Assembly: GCA_020725055.1 (NCBI GenBank)
Contig: DYFS01000001.1
Span: forward strand, 275 to 64,274
DNA: 64,000 nucleotides
DNA from: Candidatus Hadarchaeum sp.
Lineage (GTDB): Archaea > Hadarchaeota > Hadarchaeia > Hadarchaeales > Hadarchaeaceae
Direction of reading: 5' to 3'
Within the stretch, counting starts at the first letter, position 1. Each line of letters begins with the position of its first letter. The notes below the pieces were generated by a model. It made no database searches, had not been told where the DNA came from, and worked only from the letters and a program-made list of their open reading frames with translations. The position numbers and the translations under genes were made by a program. This document shows positions 1 through 9,124 of this stretch, in pieces.

Positions 1-11
1 CGGCGGGTAGC

Positions 12-542
12 TTACCCCGCTACCGTAGTAACTTTTGGCTCTGTGGGCTTTAAGGCTTTGCGCAGCCAACCGCCCAAAACCGCGCCCAACCCGACGACCA
101 CAACGATCAAAACCGCCCAGAGAAGCGTGGTCCCGCACAACGACAGGAGGAACTCGCCATGCCCAACTGGCCGGCCTACCTTCTTTGCGATCACGCCGAT
201 GATTTCCTCAAGACTATGCGTGAAAATATCGTGGCCTGCCGGGATGAAAAGGGGGTTTAGCGTGAGAAGTACTCCCGCCAGGCCACCAGCCCGCAGGTGC
301 ACCCCCCAGCCACTTACCTCACGGGAGAGCAGGTAGCCGGTGAGGATACCGCCAAAAAGGAAGGCGAGGATGCCAGCCCCCAACAAAACCCAGCACCCGA
401 TGCCGAAAAAGAAGCCGTAGAGCACCGGCCGCATGCAGCGCCGATTGAGCCTCCGGAGTAGCAAAAACAGGAGCATGCAGATGAGCGCGACCGAGAACGC
501 GGTGTACGCGGCGCGGAAGGTGAGTTCATCCATCGGATTCAC
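12..542 (-). CDS. hypothetical integral membrane protein
   Basis: 176-aa ORF with several hydrophobic helices (LICMLLFLLL, GILAFLFGGILTGYLL); no recognisable family. Confidence 0.35.
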   Translation of the reverse strand: MNPMDELTFRAAYTAFSVALICMLLFLLLRRLNRRCMRPVLYGFFFGIGCWVLLGAGILAFLFGGILTGYLLSREVSGWGVHLRAGGLAGVLLTLNPLFIPAGHDIFTHSLEEIIGVIAKKVGRPVGHGEFLLSLCGTTLLWAVLIVVVVGLGAVLGGWLRKALKPTEPKVTTVAG

Positions 543-611
543 TGTGTCCCAAGGGTTAAAACAACTTACGTTTTAGCAAAATTACTCATAGGAATATTTT
601 TAGTCGAAAAA

Positions 612-619
612 TATAAATA
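612..619 (+). promoter_or_regulatory. TATA-box-like element TATAAATA upstream of the hcy-synthase operon; GGAGGTG SD-like at 640-646
   Basis: AT-rich stretch 560-650 in GC-rich DNA; TATAAATA about 33 nt upstream of the GTG start at 652. Confidence 0.3.
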
Positions 620-651
620 GCGATGAAAACCCTTTACATCGAGGTGGGAGC

Positions 652-2160
652 GTGGTGACCAAGACTTACGAGGGGATTAACCAGCGCATCCGCGAGGGCG
701 AGGCGGTCGTCGTCACAGCTGAGGAGTTCGTTGAGATCGCGCGCGAGCGGGGCGCCAAGCGGGCCGCGAAGGAGGTCGACGTCGTCACCACAGGCACCTT
801 CGGGGCGATGTGCAGCTCGGGCGCCTTCTTGAACTTCGGGCATGCAGACCCGCCTATCAAGCTCGGTGGGGGGGAGATCTACCTGAACGACGTACCTGCT
901 TATACGGGGCTGGCCGCCGTTGACACGTACATCGGCGTGACCTCACTTTCGACCACCAAGGGCATGGAGTACGGAGGCGGGCACGTCATCGAAGACCTCG
1001 TGCGCGGCAAGGAAATCACGCTGCGAGGAAGCGGGTATGGCACCGACTGTTACCCACGCAAAGAGATAGAAACCACCATCACCATCCACGATCTAAACCA
1101 AGCGGTGCTGTGCAGCCCGCGGAACGCGTACCAGCGCTACAACGCAGCGACGAACTCACGCGATGAAACCCTCTTCACCTACATGGGCACGCTTCTGCCG
1201 AACTTCGGCAACGTCACCTTCTCCGGGGCGGGGGTCTTGAGCCCGCTTGGCAGGGATCCGAACTACGAGACCATCGGCGTTGGGGCTCGGATTTTCTTAG
1301 GGGGGGCGCAGGGCTACATCGGTTGGGAGGGCACCCAGCACAATCCCACCAAGGGCTTCGGCACGGTGCTTGTGATAGGCGACCTCAAGGAGATGGATCC
1401 GCGCTACCTGCGAGGCTGCACCATCCACCGCTACGGCACCTCGCTCTACATCGGCTTGGGCATCCCGATCCCGCTACTTAACGAGCGGATCGCAGAGGCG
1501 GCTGCGGTTGGTGAAGAGCAGATAAAGGTGAACCTGCTCGACTACGGCGCGCCCCGGCGGGATAGGCCGGTGGTGCGGGAGGTCACCTACGCGGAGCTCA
1601 GGTCGGGCAAGGTTGAGGTCCACGGGAGGGAGGTGCCGACCAGCCCCCTCAGCAGTTTCAAGCTCTCGCGCGAGGTAGCGCAGAAGCTGAAGGAGTGGAT
1701 CCAGCGCGGCGAGTTCTTCCTCAGCGCGCCCGTCGAGTTGCTATCTCGCGACTCCGCGTTCAAACCGATGAAGCAGATTGCAGAGGTGCCGCTCGTGAGG
1801 GAGATCATGACAAAACCTGTGATAACCGGACTGCCCGACGAACCGATCGCGCGTGCCGCTAAAATATTCGCCGAGCACAACTTTGACCACCTGCCCATCA
1901 CAGACAAGCAGGAAAAGCTCTTGGGTATTGTCACCTCTTGGGATGTCGCCATAGCCACCGGCACGAAGAAGAAGAAACTCTCAGAAATCATGACGAAGAA
2001 GGTGGTTGTCGCGAATGAGGACGAGCCGGTCGATGCCGTGGCGAGGAGGCTGCAGCAACATGGTATCTCCGGGCTGCCGGTTACAAACACAAAGGGCGAA
2101 GTCGTGGGGATAGTCACCACGGAAGATATTTCAAAACTTGTCGGGAGGCGAAGGAAATGA
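652..2160 (+). CDS. L-aspartate-semialdehyde sulfurtransferase / homocysteine biosynthesis protein (COG1900 domain + tandem CBS domains; MA1821/MJ0100 family)
   Basis: 502 aa. N-terminal DUF39/COG1900 region (TTGTFGAMCSSGAFLNFGH, GGGHVIEDL). C-terminal two CBS-like repeats (ITGLPDEPIARAAKIFAEHNFDHLPI; VVVANEDEPVDAVARRLQQHGISGLPV). Stop overlaps next gene start (ATGA at 2157-2160). Confidence 0.75.
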   Translation: MVTKTYEGINQRIREGEAVVVTAEEFVEIARERGAKRAAKEVDVVTTGTFGAMCSSGAFLNFGHADPPIKLGGGEIYLNDVPAYTGLAAVDTYIGVTSLSTTKGMEYGGGHVIEDLVRGKEITLRGSGYGTDCYPRKEIETTITIHDLNQAVLCSPRNAYQRYNAATNSRDETLFTYMGTLLPNFGNVTFSGAGVLSPLGRDPNYETIGVGARIFLGGAQGYIGWEGTQHNPTKGFGTVLVIGDLKEMDPRYLRGCTIHRYGTSLYIGLGIPIPLLNERIAEAAAVGEEQIKVNLLDYGAPRRDRPVVREVTYAELRSGKVEVHGREVPTSPLSSFKLSREVAQKLKEWIQRGEFFLSAPVELLSRDSAFKPMKQIAEVPLVREIMTKPVITGLPDEPIARAAKIFAEHNFDHLPITDKQEKLLGIVTSWDVAIATGTKKKKLSEIMTKKVVVANEDEPVDAVARRLQQHGISGLPVTNTKGEVVGIVTTEDISKLVGRRRK

Positions 2161-2558
2161 CGGCTAAGCTACTGCTGAGGTACTCGCCAGAGGCGCTGGA
2201 CAAGCCGATTTTGGCGAGGGTAATAAGGCAAACGAGTGCCGAGATAAATATCTTGCATGCCGAGCTCGACGCCACGAAGGGCGAAATCCTAGTAGGTGTC
2301 GAAGCCCCGCCAGCCGAGATTGAAAAATTGATGTACCTGCTCAAGAAAAACGGCATCGATGCAAAAAAACTCGAGCGGGCAGTCGAGCTCGACGAGAACA
2401 GCTGCTTAGATTGCGGTGCGTGCCTCTCGCTATGCCCGACGGGGGCGCTGCACACTAAAAAAGATTATTCGGTGAGGCTTGACGAGGACAAATGTATACT
2501 CTGCGAGGTGTGCATCCCGGCGTGCCCGGTGAGGGCGATAAAGATTACTAAATTTTGA
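2157..2558 (+). CDS. NIL-domain 2x[4Fe-4S] ferredoxin, partner of the hcy-synthase (MA1822/MJ0099 family)
   Basis: 133 aa. N-terminal NIL-type domain (SAEINILHAELD). C-terminal two CxxCxxCxxxCP motifs (CLDCGACLSLCP, CILCEVCIPACP). Translationally coupled to upstream gene. Confidence 0.75.
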   Translation: MTAKLLLRYSPEALDKPILARVIRQTSAEINILHAELDATKGEILVGVEAPPAEIEKLMYLLKKNGIDAKKLERAVELDENSCLDCGACLSLCPTGALHTKKDYSVRLDEDKCILCEVCIPACPVRAIKITKF

Positions 2559-2603
2559 CTTCAGCAACTCACCTTTTTATGGCGCCAAACGTGCAATTAC
2601 TTA

Positions 2604-3827
2604 GTGGTTGTGGGGTATACGATGCCAAAGATCCCAAAAGAAAAACTTGAAAAATATCTCCACTTGCATCGAGAGTTCACGGGAAAATTCATCAACCTCC
2701 ACCCGATCCAGCGGGGCGGCATCCTCACGGAAGCTGCGAGGAAAGCCATAGTCGAATTTGGAGACGGTTACTCGACGTGCGATTGGTGCCCACCGAAGAC
2801 GCCGAGGCTCGACATGATCGAGCGCCCCCCGATTGCCCAGTTCATGGCTGATCTCGCGACCTTCTTGGGTATGGATGTCGCACGGGTCGTGACCCGCTGC
2901 AGGGAGGCGAAATTCATAGCTTTCGCTATGCTCGGCAAACCGGGCGACACCGTGGTCGTCGACAGCCTAGCGCATTATTCAACGTATACGGCGGCGGAGT
3001 TGGCGGGGCTGAATGTAAAGGAGGTCCCCCACGGAGACTACCCAGAATTTAAAGTCGGCTTGAACGCCTACGCCGACAAGATAGAGGAAGTAAAAAAGGA
3101 AACAGGAAAGCTCCCGGCGGTAGTTGTTCTCACCCACGTCGACTACCTTTACGGCAATTTAAACGACGCTGCTGTCGTCGGCAAGATATGTAAAAAGTAC
3201 GGGGTGCCGTTCTTGCTCAACGCCGCGTACACTGCAGGCGTGATGCCGATCGACGGCAAAAAGCTGGGCGCAGATATCATCGTGAGCAGCGGGCACAAGA
3301 GCTGGGCTGCGAGCGCACCGACGGGCATCTTGGCGATGAAGGAAGATATTGCCGGCGATGTTCTCAAGCGGTCAAAAATCGTCGGGGACTTGAGCGGGCG
3401 CAAGTTCGCGGCGAAGGAGTACGCCCTGCTCGGCTGCACGGTCATGGGGGCGCCCCTCATCACCCTCATGGCATCTTTTCCGCATGTAGTGGAGCGAGTC
3501 GAGCACTGGCAGGAAGAGGTCGAAAAGGCGAGGTACTTGGTCAAGCTGATCGAGCGGATCGAGGGGACCCGGCAGCTCGGCATCAAGCCAAAACAGCACA
3601 CGTTGATCCACATGGAATCCGATGGGCTCCATAAGGTTTCTGAAACGCACAAGCGCAGGGGTTTCTTCCTGTACGATGAGCTTAGGGAGAGAAATATCGT
3701 GGGGATTCAAGCGGGCCTGACGAAGCACTTCAAGCTCAACACCTATGGCCTGAGTTTAAATCAAGTAAAAACCGTGGCGAAGGCATTCGAAGAGATAGCC
3801 AAAAAATACGGGTTAAAAGTTGGGTGA
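2604..3827 (+). CDS. pscS: O-phospho-L-seryl-tRNA(Cys):Cys-tRNA synthase SepCysS (PLP-dependent)
   Basis: 407 aa. N-terminus PKIPKEKLEKY..FINLHPIQRGGILTEAARKA..FGDGYSTCDWC is typical of SepCysS. PLP-lysine context SSGHKSWAASAPTG. Alternative start at ATG 2622 (MPKIP). Confidence 0.7.
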   Translation: MVVGYTMPKIPKEKLEKYLHLHREFTGKFINLHPIQRGGILTEAARKAIVEFGDGYSTCDWCPPKTPRLDMIERPPIAQFMADLATFLGMDVARVVTRCREAKFIAFAMLGKPGDTVVVDSLAHYSTYTAAELAGLNVKEVPHGDYPEFKVGLNAYADKIEEVKKETGKLPAVVVLTHVDYLYGNLNDAAVVGKICKKYGVPFLLNAAYTAGVMPIDGKKLGADIIVSSGHKSWAASAPTGILAMKEDIAGDVLKRSKIVGDLSGRKFAAKEYALLGCTVMGAPLITLMASFPHVVERVEHWQEEVEKARYLVKLIERIEGTRQLGIKPKQHTLIHMESDGLHKVSETHKRRGFFLYDELRERNIVGIQAGLTKHFKLNTYGLSLNQVKTVAKAFEEIAKKYGLKVG

Positions 3828-4575
3828 GCTGATGGCAAGGCGGCGCAGCCCTAGCGCGTTGAAGATAAGAAACCTGAGCGTTGAAATCGCCGGTAAAAAG
3901 GTGCTGGATGGGGTCGACCTAGAGGTGCTGAGGGGAGAGATCCACGTTCTGTTCGGTCCAAACGGGTCTGGAAAAACATCGCTGATGATGTCCATCTTGG
4001 GTTTTCCGAGCTACCGCATCCTATCGGGCGAAATTCTGCTTAATGGTACCGACATCACTAACATGTCGATAAACGAGCGCGTGAAACTTGGCATCGGCAT
4101 AGCTTTTCAAAGTTCCCCGACAATACGGGGCGTTAAATTGGGCGACGTCTTGCGCCACCTCGCCGGGAGTAAAATTGACGGGGCGAAGATGGCTGGGGCT
4201 GTTAACCTCGATGCGGAGTTTTTGAACAGGGATTTGAACGTTGGATTTTCTGGAGGCGAACTCAGGCGATCGGAGGTTTTGCAGGTACTCGTGCAGCGGC
4301 CGAGTTTCGCGATATTCGACGAGCCCGATTCTGGGGTGGATGTCGAGAACTTAGAGGTGGTCGGCGGCGCGATCAATAACTTGCTCAAGAAGCGGTCGGG
4401 GCTTTTGATAACGCACCAAGGCTACATCCTGCGGTATGTGGAGGCTGATAAAGCGCACGTGATGCTTAACGGGAGAATCGTCTGTTCTGGAATACCCACC
4501 AAGATTCTCAGCCAGATAATGAAAAGGGGCTACAAGTGGTGTGAAAAATGTCCAAAAGCAAGGAGACCGCACTAA
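3820..4575 (+). CDS. sufC: Fe-S cluster assembly ATPase SufC
   Basis: 251 aa. Walker A GPNGSGKTS, ABC signature FSGGELRRSEVLQ, Walker B/D-loop AIFDEPDSGVD, H-loop ITHQ. Overlaps SepCysS end by 8 nt. Confidence 0.85.
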   Translation: MGELMARRRSPSALKIRNLSVEIAGKKVLDGVDLEVLRGEIHVLFGPNGSGKTSLMMSILGFPSYRILSGEILLNGTDITNMSINERVKLGIGIAFQSSPTIRGVKLGDVLRHLAGSKIDGAKMAGAVNLDAEFLNRDLNVGFSGGELRRSEVLQVLVQRPSFAIFDEPDSGVDVENLEVVGGAINNLLKKRSGLLITHQGYILRYVEADKAHVMLNGRIVCSGIPTKILSQIMKRGYKWCEKCPKARRPH

Positions 4576-5771
4576 AGGCAAAGGGGAAGCCGGCTGCCCT
4601 CGGCCCCGATCTCGATGTTGGGAGATTCACGAGGGATGCTAAAACGTGGGGCTATTGTCCTGTCTCGTCCCTCCCCGAAGACATCGCTCGGAGATCGCTG
4701 GCCGTTGGTGTTAGGGCCGACGAGGGAGAGAGGGCCGGCACGTATTTCCAGATAGACCATTCAACAGTTTTTCAAAAAATTCAAAAAAAGTTTGAGGGAA
4801 AAACCGAGATAATGAGCACCAAAGACGCGCTTGAAAAATACGACTGGATGGAGGATTACTGGTGGAAAGTCGTCTCCGCTGATGCAGACAAATACACCGC
4901 CTTGGCCGAGCTGGAGTGGGACCGCGGCTATTTCATCAGGGCGCTCGAGGGGCAAAAAATCACGTTGCCGCTGCAGGCATGCCTTTTCATCTCGAAGGAT
5001 AACCTAGACCAAAACGTCCATAATGTTATAATCGCCGAGCCGAATTCGGAGATCCAAATAATAACGGGCTGCACCGTCCATCCAAACGTCCAGCGCGGGC
5101 TGCATGTTGGGATTTCCGAGTTTTTCATAAAAGAATGGGCAAAACTCACATTCACCATGATCCACAACTGGGCCCAAAATTTCGATGTCCGCCCACGAAC
5201 CGGGGCGCTCGTTGAGGATAACGCCACATTCGTGACTAACTACGTTTGCCTGAATCCTGTGAAGAGCCTCCAGATGTATCCAGTCGCTTATTGCAAGGGG
5301 GAAAATTCAAGGGCAAGATTTACCTCTATTTTATACGGGGCCGGGGATTCCTACCTAGATGTTGGCTCTAAAACAGTTCTCCAGGGAACTGGAAGCAGGG
5401 CAGAAGTCATCGCCCGCGCTATCGCTCTTGACCGCGCGCGGATCTATAGCCGCGGCCTTCTAGTCGGAGAGAAAGAGGATACTAAAGCGCACCTTGAGTG
5501 CAGGGGTCTTTTACTTTCAGATGATGCATTCATCCACGCGATTCCCGAACTTACCGCGAAGGTGCAGGGTACAGAGCTCTCACACGAAGCTGCGGTCGGC
5601 AAGATAGCAGAGGAACAAATCCAATACTTGATGGCAAGGGGATTTTCAGAGCTCGAAGCCCAGTCGCTGATCGTTAGGGGATTTATGGACGTGGGCATTC
5701 TTGGGCTGCCCAAAGCGTTAGAAACTGAGATCAAACGAATAGTCGATACGACGGCTGCCGCTGCTATTTAG
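4548..5771 (+). CDS. sufB: Fe-S cluster assembly scaffold SufB/SufD-family protein
   Basis: 407 aa. Length and position right after sufC (28-nt overlap) are typical of archaeal SufBD. Ends with TAG stop at 5769-5771. Confidence 0.75.
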   Translation: MSKSKETALKAKGKPAALGPDLDVGRFTRDAKTWGYCPVSSLPEDIARRSLAVGVRADEGERAGTYFQIDHSTVFQKIQKKFEGKTEIMSTKDALEKYDWMEDYWWKVVSADADKYTALAELEWDRGYFIRALEGQKITLPLQACLFISKDNLDQNVHNVIIAEPNSEIQIITGCTVHPNVQRGLHVGISEFFIKEWAKLTFTMIHNWAQNFDVRPRTGALVEDNATFVTNYVCLNPVKSLQMYPVAYCKGENSRARFTSILYGAGDSYLDVGSKTVLQGTGSRAEVIARAIALDRARIYSRGLLVGEKEDTKAHLECRGLLLSDDAFIHAIPELTAKVQGTELSHEAAVGKIAEEQIQYLMARGFSELEAQSLIVRGFMDVGILGLPKALETEIKRIVDTTAAAAI

Positions 5772-5776
5772 ATGGT

Positions 5777-5852
5777 TGGAGCCGGGGGCCGGATTTGAAC
5801 CGGCGAATAACGGGTCTGCAGCCCATCGCCTTAACCGCTAGGCTACCCCGGC
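5777..5852 (-). tRNA. tRNA-Cys (GCA), no intron, CCA encoded
   Basis: Minus-strand read GCCGGGGTAGCCTAGCGGTTAAGGCGATGGGCTGCAGACCCGTTATTCGCCGGTTCAAATCCGGCCCCCGGCTCCA. Cloverleaf complete. Anticodon loop CUGCAGA. Discriminator U73 (Cys identity element). Confidence 0.85.
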
Positions 5853-6064
5853 ACAACTCAACTTTGGGGCTTCAAAATTAAATACCTGTGCCTTTACCGC
5901 AACCTGCGGCCATCACGCTGACAGGACCACCTAAGCTTCACAGCACAATCGGTGCAATAAACGCAGCCGCATTTAGCGCACTCCGTCATACGCATGGTAA
6001 CCGGACGTCTGCCGCAAACAGTGCACATGTTGTATTTCTGTGCGGATAACAACACGCCCACACC

Positions 6065-6856
6065 TCACGCTCGCCCAAGCATTCGGATGGCTTCATCCGC
6101 TGCCTTGCGGCCGCTCAATAACATGCCTCCAAATATCGGACCCATGCGGGGCGACCCGAATACCGCGTTCGCTGCCATGCCCGCAACGATGAGGTTTGGA
6201 TAAATCTCCCGAGTATTGTTCAAAATTTCAGTTTCACCGACTGCCGCCCACATGGGTTTCTCCCCGACAACACCTCCAGTTTGGGTCGGGAACTTTGCCC
6301 TTGGTATCTTCCGCTGGACAATCCGCGCCACCTCTGAGTCATGCCCAGTTGCATCGATCACAACCTTCGCCTGGATGCTGACGGGGTCGACGTGCAAACG
6401 CGCCATCTCGACTGCCCCCCAATTAACAACGACGCCCGCTATCCTATCATTCTCCCGTATCATGACATCTTCAACACCTAATCCTACTACAACTTTTGCA
6501 CCCGCATCTATCGCAGCCGCTGTGCATTTCGATACGGTTTCAGCAGAATCTGCCACGTAGTAGCCATCGCTAGTCTGCTCCAGCCTGACGCCAACCTCAT
6601 CAAGAATCCCCTTCGCCGCGTCCTGAATCACTATGCGCGGAAAGAGGATGCCGCCGCCCCACATGCCCCCCCCAACATGAAGGTTGCGCTCGAAAACCGC
6701 GACTTTGACGCCAGCTTTCGCCAGGTAGCGAGCGGCGGTCACGCCCGCCGGCCCAGCTCCGGCAATTGCGACATCTAGATTAACCATGTCCAAAAAATCT
6801 TGAAGAAAACGCTCCACTACCGCAGCCGTGACCTTTGTGTCCTCAATTTTAGCCAT
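6065..6856 (-). CDS. thi4: thiamine thiazole synthase Thi4 (archaeal sulfide-dependent type)
   Basis: 263 aa from ATG at 6854-6856 (MAKIEDTKVT..). FAD dinucleotide fold DVAIAGAGPAGVTAARYLAKAGVKVAVFERN..GGGMWGGG. Longer ORF back to 6919 is probably N-terminal over-extension. Confidence 0.8.
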   Translation of the reverse strand: MAKIEDTKVTAAVVERFLQDFLDMVNLDVAIAGAGPAGVTAARYLAKAGVKVAVFERNLHVGGGMWGGGILFPRIVIQDAAKGILDEVGVRLEQTSDGYYVADSAETVSKCTAAAIDAGAKVVVGLGVEDVMIRENDRIAGVVVNWGAVEMARLHVDPVSIQAKVVIDATGHDSEVARIVQRKIPRAKFPTQTGGVVGEKPMWAAVGETEILNNTREIYPNLIVAGMAANAVFGSPRMGPIFGGMLLSGRKAADEAIRMLGRA

Positions 6857-6899
6857 GGTATCCCTTTGAATAGCTCTCGTGTTGTTCATAAAAGTTGTG

Positions 6900-7781
6900 C
6901 TAGGGTTTATTCGCGCCACCCATGCGATATCCGCGAGGATCTAGCTCTGCCCGTGTGTAACCGAACCTCTCCAAAACCGCGCAAATTTTGCCCTCAAGCT
7001 TTCTAGCTCTTGGCAACTCATTCTTTCCGACTTCCACTCTCGCAAAATCGCCGTGGTCGCGCACCCGCACGACGCGGAAACCGAGCGAGCGCAGGAACTC
7101 CTCGCCCCTAGCTATCCGTTGTAGCTTTCTTCGCGTGATTTTTTGACCAAACGGTACCCTCGATGCAAGACACGGGTTCGCTGGCTTGTCGGCGTTCGGC
7201 AGACCGAGCCGCACAGCGAGCTCCCTCACATCTTCCTTTGTCATCCCCGCGAGTGCGAGGGGGCTCAAAACGTTAAATTCTTCTACCGCACGCAACCCCG
7301 GTCGGAAATCCAAAAAATCATCACGATTTGTCCCGTCAAAGATCTTTTTGAAGCCGAGTTTTTCGCGGACATTATTGAGCTTTCTCAGAAGTTCGCTCTT
7401 GCAATAATAACATCGCTCGGCGGGGTTCTTTGTGAAGTTCTCGTCCTCGAGCTCATCCGTGTTTATGATTATGTGCTTGATTCCCACTTGCCCAGCAACT
7501 TTTTTTGCAACTACGATTTCTCCGGGGGGATATGTTGGGGAGATGGCCGTAACTGCAGCCACGTTGTCCCCCAGAACTTCTCGAGAAATGGCACAGACTA
7601 CCGATGAATCGACGCCGCCAGAGAGAGCTATCACAGCGCTTTCGCAGCCTTGGATTATTGACTTGAGGCGCGCGAGTTTTTTGTCAATCAAGCTACCACC
7701 GCTGCATTCTTTTATGTATTTCGCTAAATATTGGATTGTCGGAGCTGCTGATATGCCTGAATTGATCTCGGAACGCTTCAC
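6900..7781 (-). CDS. PP-loop ATP pyrophosphatase, LarE-like sulfur transferase family (TIGR00268)
   Basis: 293 aa. PP-loop SGGVDSS. Conserved CYYCK and PCLASR cysteine motifs typical of LarE/ThiI-like sulfur insertases. True start may be an internal TTG near 7692, which would remove the 29-nt divergent overlap with the next gene. Confidence 0.65.
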   Translation of the reverse strand: MKRSEINSGISAAPTIQYLAKYIKECSGGSLIDKKLARLKSIIQGCESAVIALSGGVDSSVVCAISREVLGDNVAAVTAISPTYPPGEIVVAKKVAGQVGIKHIIINTDELEDENFTKNPAERCYYCKSELLRKLNNVREKLGFKKIFDGTNRDDFLDFRPGLRAVEEFNVLSPLALAGMTKEDVRELAVRLGLPNADKPANPCLASRVPFGQKITRRKLQRIARGEEFLRSLGFRVVRVRDHGDFARVEVGKNELPRARKLEGKICAVLERFGYTRAELDPRGYRMGGANKP

Positions 7782-8493
7782 TTACAAAGAGACGGACGCG
7801 CTGATCAAAGCAGATAACCGAAGCGCCATCGAGGCGGCGAAGAAATCGTTGCTCGAACACCGCAACTCCCTCGAGCGCTACATCGTGCGCAACCCCATTT
7901 TTATGACAACCCTAGAACCGATTGAGGCCGATGCCGATGCACCGAGGGTTGCGGTGATGATGGCCGAGGCAGCTGCAACGGTTGGCGTTGGCCCCATGGC
8001 TGCAGTCGCTGGAACACTCGCCCAGCTCGCTGTCGAGGGTGCAGTCACCGCGGGGGCAAAAAACATCGTGGTCGAAAACGGCGGGGACATCTTCATTCAT
8101 GGAAATCGCCCGTACACCGTCGCAATCCACGCGGGTGGAAGCCCGCTCTCGAACAAGCTCGCTCTCGAGATAGATGCGGCCAGACTACCTCTTGCCGTTT
8201 GCACGAGCTCGGCGACGATTGGGCCTTCGCTGAGTTTTGGTGAGGCCGATGCGGTGACCGTGCTCGCAAAATCAGGGGCGCTGGCGGATGCTGCCTCTAC
8301 TGCAATTTGTAACGAAACGCGGGGGGGGCCAGAAGATGGAATCAAGGCTGGTCTGCGGCGTGCGACGGCAGTACGCGGTTTGGGCGCGGTCCTCATCATC
8401 TACAAAAAATATGTTGGCAGCTGTGGCGACATGCCAAAAATTGTAATCGCCGATAAGCTAAGCGAAGAACTCATCAAACGTGTTCAACTTTGA
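7753..8493 (+). CDS. putative UPF0280 family protein (ApbE-like superfamily, COG2122?)
   Basis: 246 aa from ATG 7753 (MPELISERF..). Gly/Ala-rich core GPMAAVAGTLAQLAVEGAVTAGAKNIVVENGGDIFIHG. Upstream part of the 353-aa track ORF lies antisense to the LarE-like gene and is spurious. Family assignment is from memory, not verifiable here. Confidence 0.5.
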   Translation: MPELISERFTYKETDALIKADNRSAIEAAKKSLLEHRNSLERYIVRNPIFMTTLEPIEADADAPRVAVMMAEAAATVGVGPMAAVAGTLAQLAVEGAVTAGAKNIVVENGGDIFIHGNRPYTVAIHAGGSPLSNKLALEIDAARLPLAVCTSSATIGPSLSFGEADAVTVLAKSGALADAASTAICNETRGGPEDGIKAGLRRATAVRGLGAVLIIYKKYVGSCGDMPKIVIADKLSEELIKRVQL

Positions 8494-8494
8494 G

Positions 8495-8587
8495 TGGTGG
8501 GCCCGGAGGGATTTGAACCCTCGACCTCCCGGTGTCTGCCAACTAGGCTATCAGCCGAGCGCGCTAGCCAAGCTGCGCCACGGGCCC
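8495..8587 (-). tRNA. tRNA-Ile (GAU) with 15-nt canonical intron (37/38), CCA encoded
   Basis: GGGCCCG TG GCGC AGCTTGGCTA GCGC G CUCGG CUGAUA [GCCTAGTTGGCAGAC] A CCGGG AGGUC GAGGG UUCAAAU CCCUC CGGGCCC A CCA. 93 nt. Confidence 0.7.
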
Positions 8588-8760
8588 CAAAAACAATTTT
8601 GCGCGTTGGATGTTTTAAGTTTTCTTGATAACTCGTTGTATCCCGCATAAATTGATGAAACACGAAACACTTTATAAACCACCAGTACCTTCCAATCGCA
8701 AGAGTTAAACTTAATCTCCGTAAAAATTTAGGGAATAACTCTCTCGAATTTTGGGATTTT

Positions 8761-9120
8761 TTATCGCCTTTTTTGATTCTTTTTAGCCAATTTGGAATCT
8801 TGCCTCCGCTGGCAAGATATAGAGCGTCTAACATTCCGAGAAATAACATGAAAAACGAAAAGTGTGAGGTAGCCGAGCGCAGGTAGCCCGCTCAGCGCCG
8901 AGAGGCGGTACGCGACCGCAGCCATCAAAGTCATCACGCAAATACCGACGCGTTGCCCGAAGTTTTTGACCGAGATTGAAAATGTGAGGAAAGAAATCAG
9001 AGTGATGATGAGGATGGGGAAGAAGTTTTTGAACGCGGCTGAGATTTTAGAGCGGTAGACGGTTACCCCCAAAGACAACCCGAGAGTAGTTTTCATCTGG
9101 GTAAGCGTGCTCCTCCACAT
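8761..9120 (-). CDS. hypothetical small membrane protein
   Basis: 119-aa ORF with 3 hydrophobic helices, in AT-richer DNA next to tRNA-Ile; no family recognised. Confidence 0.3.
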   Translation of the reverse strand: MWRSTLTQMKTTLGLSLGVTVYRSKISAAFKNFFPILIITLISFLTFSISVKNFGQRVGICVMTLMAAVAYRLSALSGLPALGYLTLFVFHVISRNVRRSISCQRRQDSKLAKKNQKRR

Positions 9121-9124
9121 ACAA

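Noticed and set aside
7753-7781. 29-nt 5'-5' overlap of divergent genes (LarE-like and UPF0280-like)
   Set aside because: Probably an artefact of choosing the longest ORF for the LarE-like gene. An internal TTG about 25 aa before the PP-loop gives a normal N-terminus and removes the overlap.
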